Source: Leidyana gryllorum EB-2025a (taxonomy: Eukaryota > Protista > Apicomplexa). From it: a DNA stretch of 64,000 nt. The position numbers and the translations under genes were made by a program. Below, one piece after another: positions 63,334 through 64,000 of the stretch (position 1 is the stretch's first letter; every line of letters begins with the position of its first letter). Below the pieces are notes generated by a model, which was not told the DNA's origin, ran no database searches, and was given only the letters and a program-made list of their open reading frames with translations. The stretch covers positions 1-64,000 of the forward strand of contig JBLWGC010000186.1 in the NCBI GenBank assembly GCA_048772705.1. Reading direction: 5' to 3'.

Positions 63334-63610
63334 ATTAGTGTTGTCTGTCTGCTGAAGCTGCTAGGCTGCTATGACTGGGAGATGCACACACTGTTTATTG
63401 GAAGGTGTTCAGTTAAAACTTTTTGGACGATCTTGTATCAAGCGCTGCGCTGGCTGAGCTCTCTTCTGTGAGCCTTTTTTCAGTGCCTGATTGGCGAATT
63501 TGATGCCAAGGAAGACCAGTAAGTGTGAGCCACTGGTGTCGGAAAGGTTCTGTAGCCTTGTAGACCGACAAGACAAAGTAACAATTAAGAGAAGAATTCG
63601 ATCCTCCTCC

Positions 63611-64000
63611 ATGATGACGCCGCCAGCGCCGGGACGTTTGCCGAGACTGCGGCTTCCGATGTTTCTGCTGCTCTCTCTCGTGCTTCTATGTTTTTCTTCC
63701 CTCCCAAGGGCCGCTGCTGCACTTCAGAACCTCAAGGTTCTAACCGACCGGGACCTTGAAGCCGGTCTCTTCCGTCGAGATTTCAGCAAGATGGAGCCTA
63801 ACGCCACCTTCAAGGGCGTCGAGGGTGTCTTCATCCCTCACGCTCCCGATGCAGACGACGACGACAATGTCGACGCTGTCATCTCCAAGCGCCTGCCCCC
63901 CACTACGACAACCACGACGACGACGACAACAGCAAAGTCGACCACTACGTCGACAACAACTCCGACTACGACTACGGCTAAGACTCCTCTCACCGACACG
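63611..64000 (+). CDS. Secreted Thr-rich mucin-like protein (truncated by window end)
   Basis: Open frame with signal-like FLLLSLVLLCFSSLPRAAA followed by poly-Thr tracts. Confidence 0.75.
   Translation, partial: MMTPPAPGRLPRLRLPMFLLLSLVLLCFSSLPRAAAALQNLKVLTDRDLEAGLFRRDFSKMEPNATFKGVEGVFIPHAPDADDDDNVDAVISKRLPPTTTTTTTTTTAKSTTTSTTTPTTTTAKTPLTDT

Overview
Eukaryotic, gene-dense, fairly GC-rich DNA from an alveolate, most likely a compact-genome apicomplexan such as a gregarine. The evidence is an alveolin/IMC gene, a CDPK, ppGalNAc-transferases, many short GT-AG introns (mostly about 30-60 nt) and the standard genetic code; the species cannot be determined. The window has two compartments. (1) About 1-11.3 kb is an accessory region: a recent 3.66-kb tandem duplication carries a two-exon F-box gene and a two-exon membrane/coiled-coil gene, followed by a degenerate relic and an inverted, frameshifted paralog of the same F-box family. 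(2) About 11.5-64 kb is core housekeeping sequence with very short intergenic spacers (7-70 nt, usually containing a short A/T homopolymer). It encodes alveolin, UTP13, CDPK, USP5/UBP14, YIF1, TRM5, seipin, two ppGalNAc-Ts, SYS1, prefoldin 4, a PHD-ELM2 protein, POLE2, ProA, a NELF-C/D (TH1) homolog, CWF19L1, a PCGF/BMI1-like RING-RAWUL gene visible only after splicing, an SCP/NIF phosphatase, a TPR protein, SMC1 and a mucin-like gene. All gene models were spliced and translated by eye; no database searches were run.
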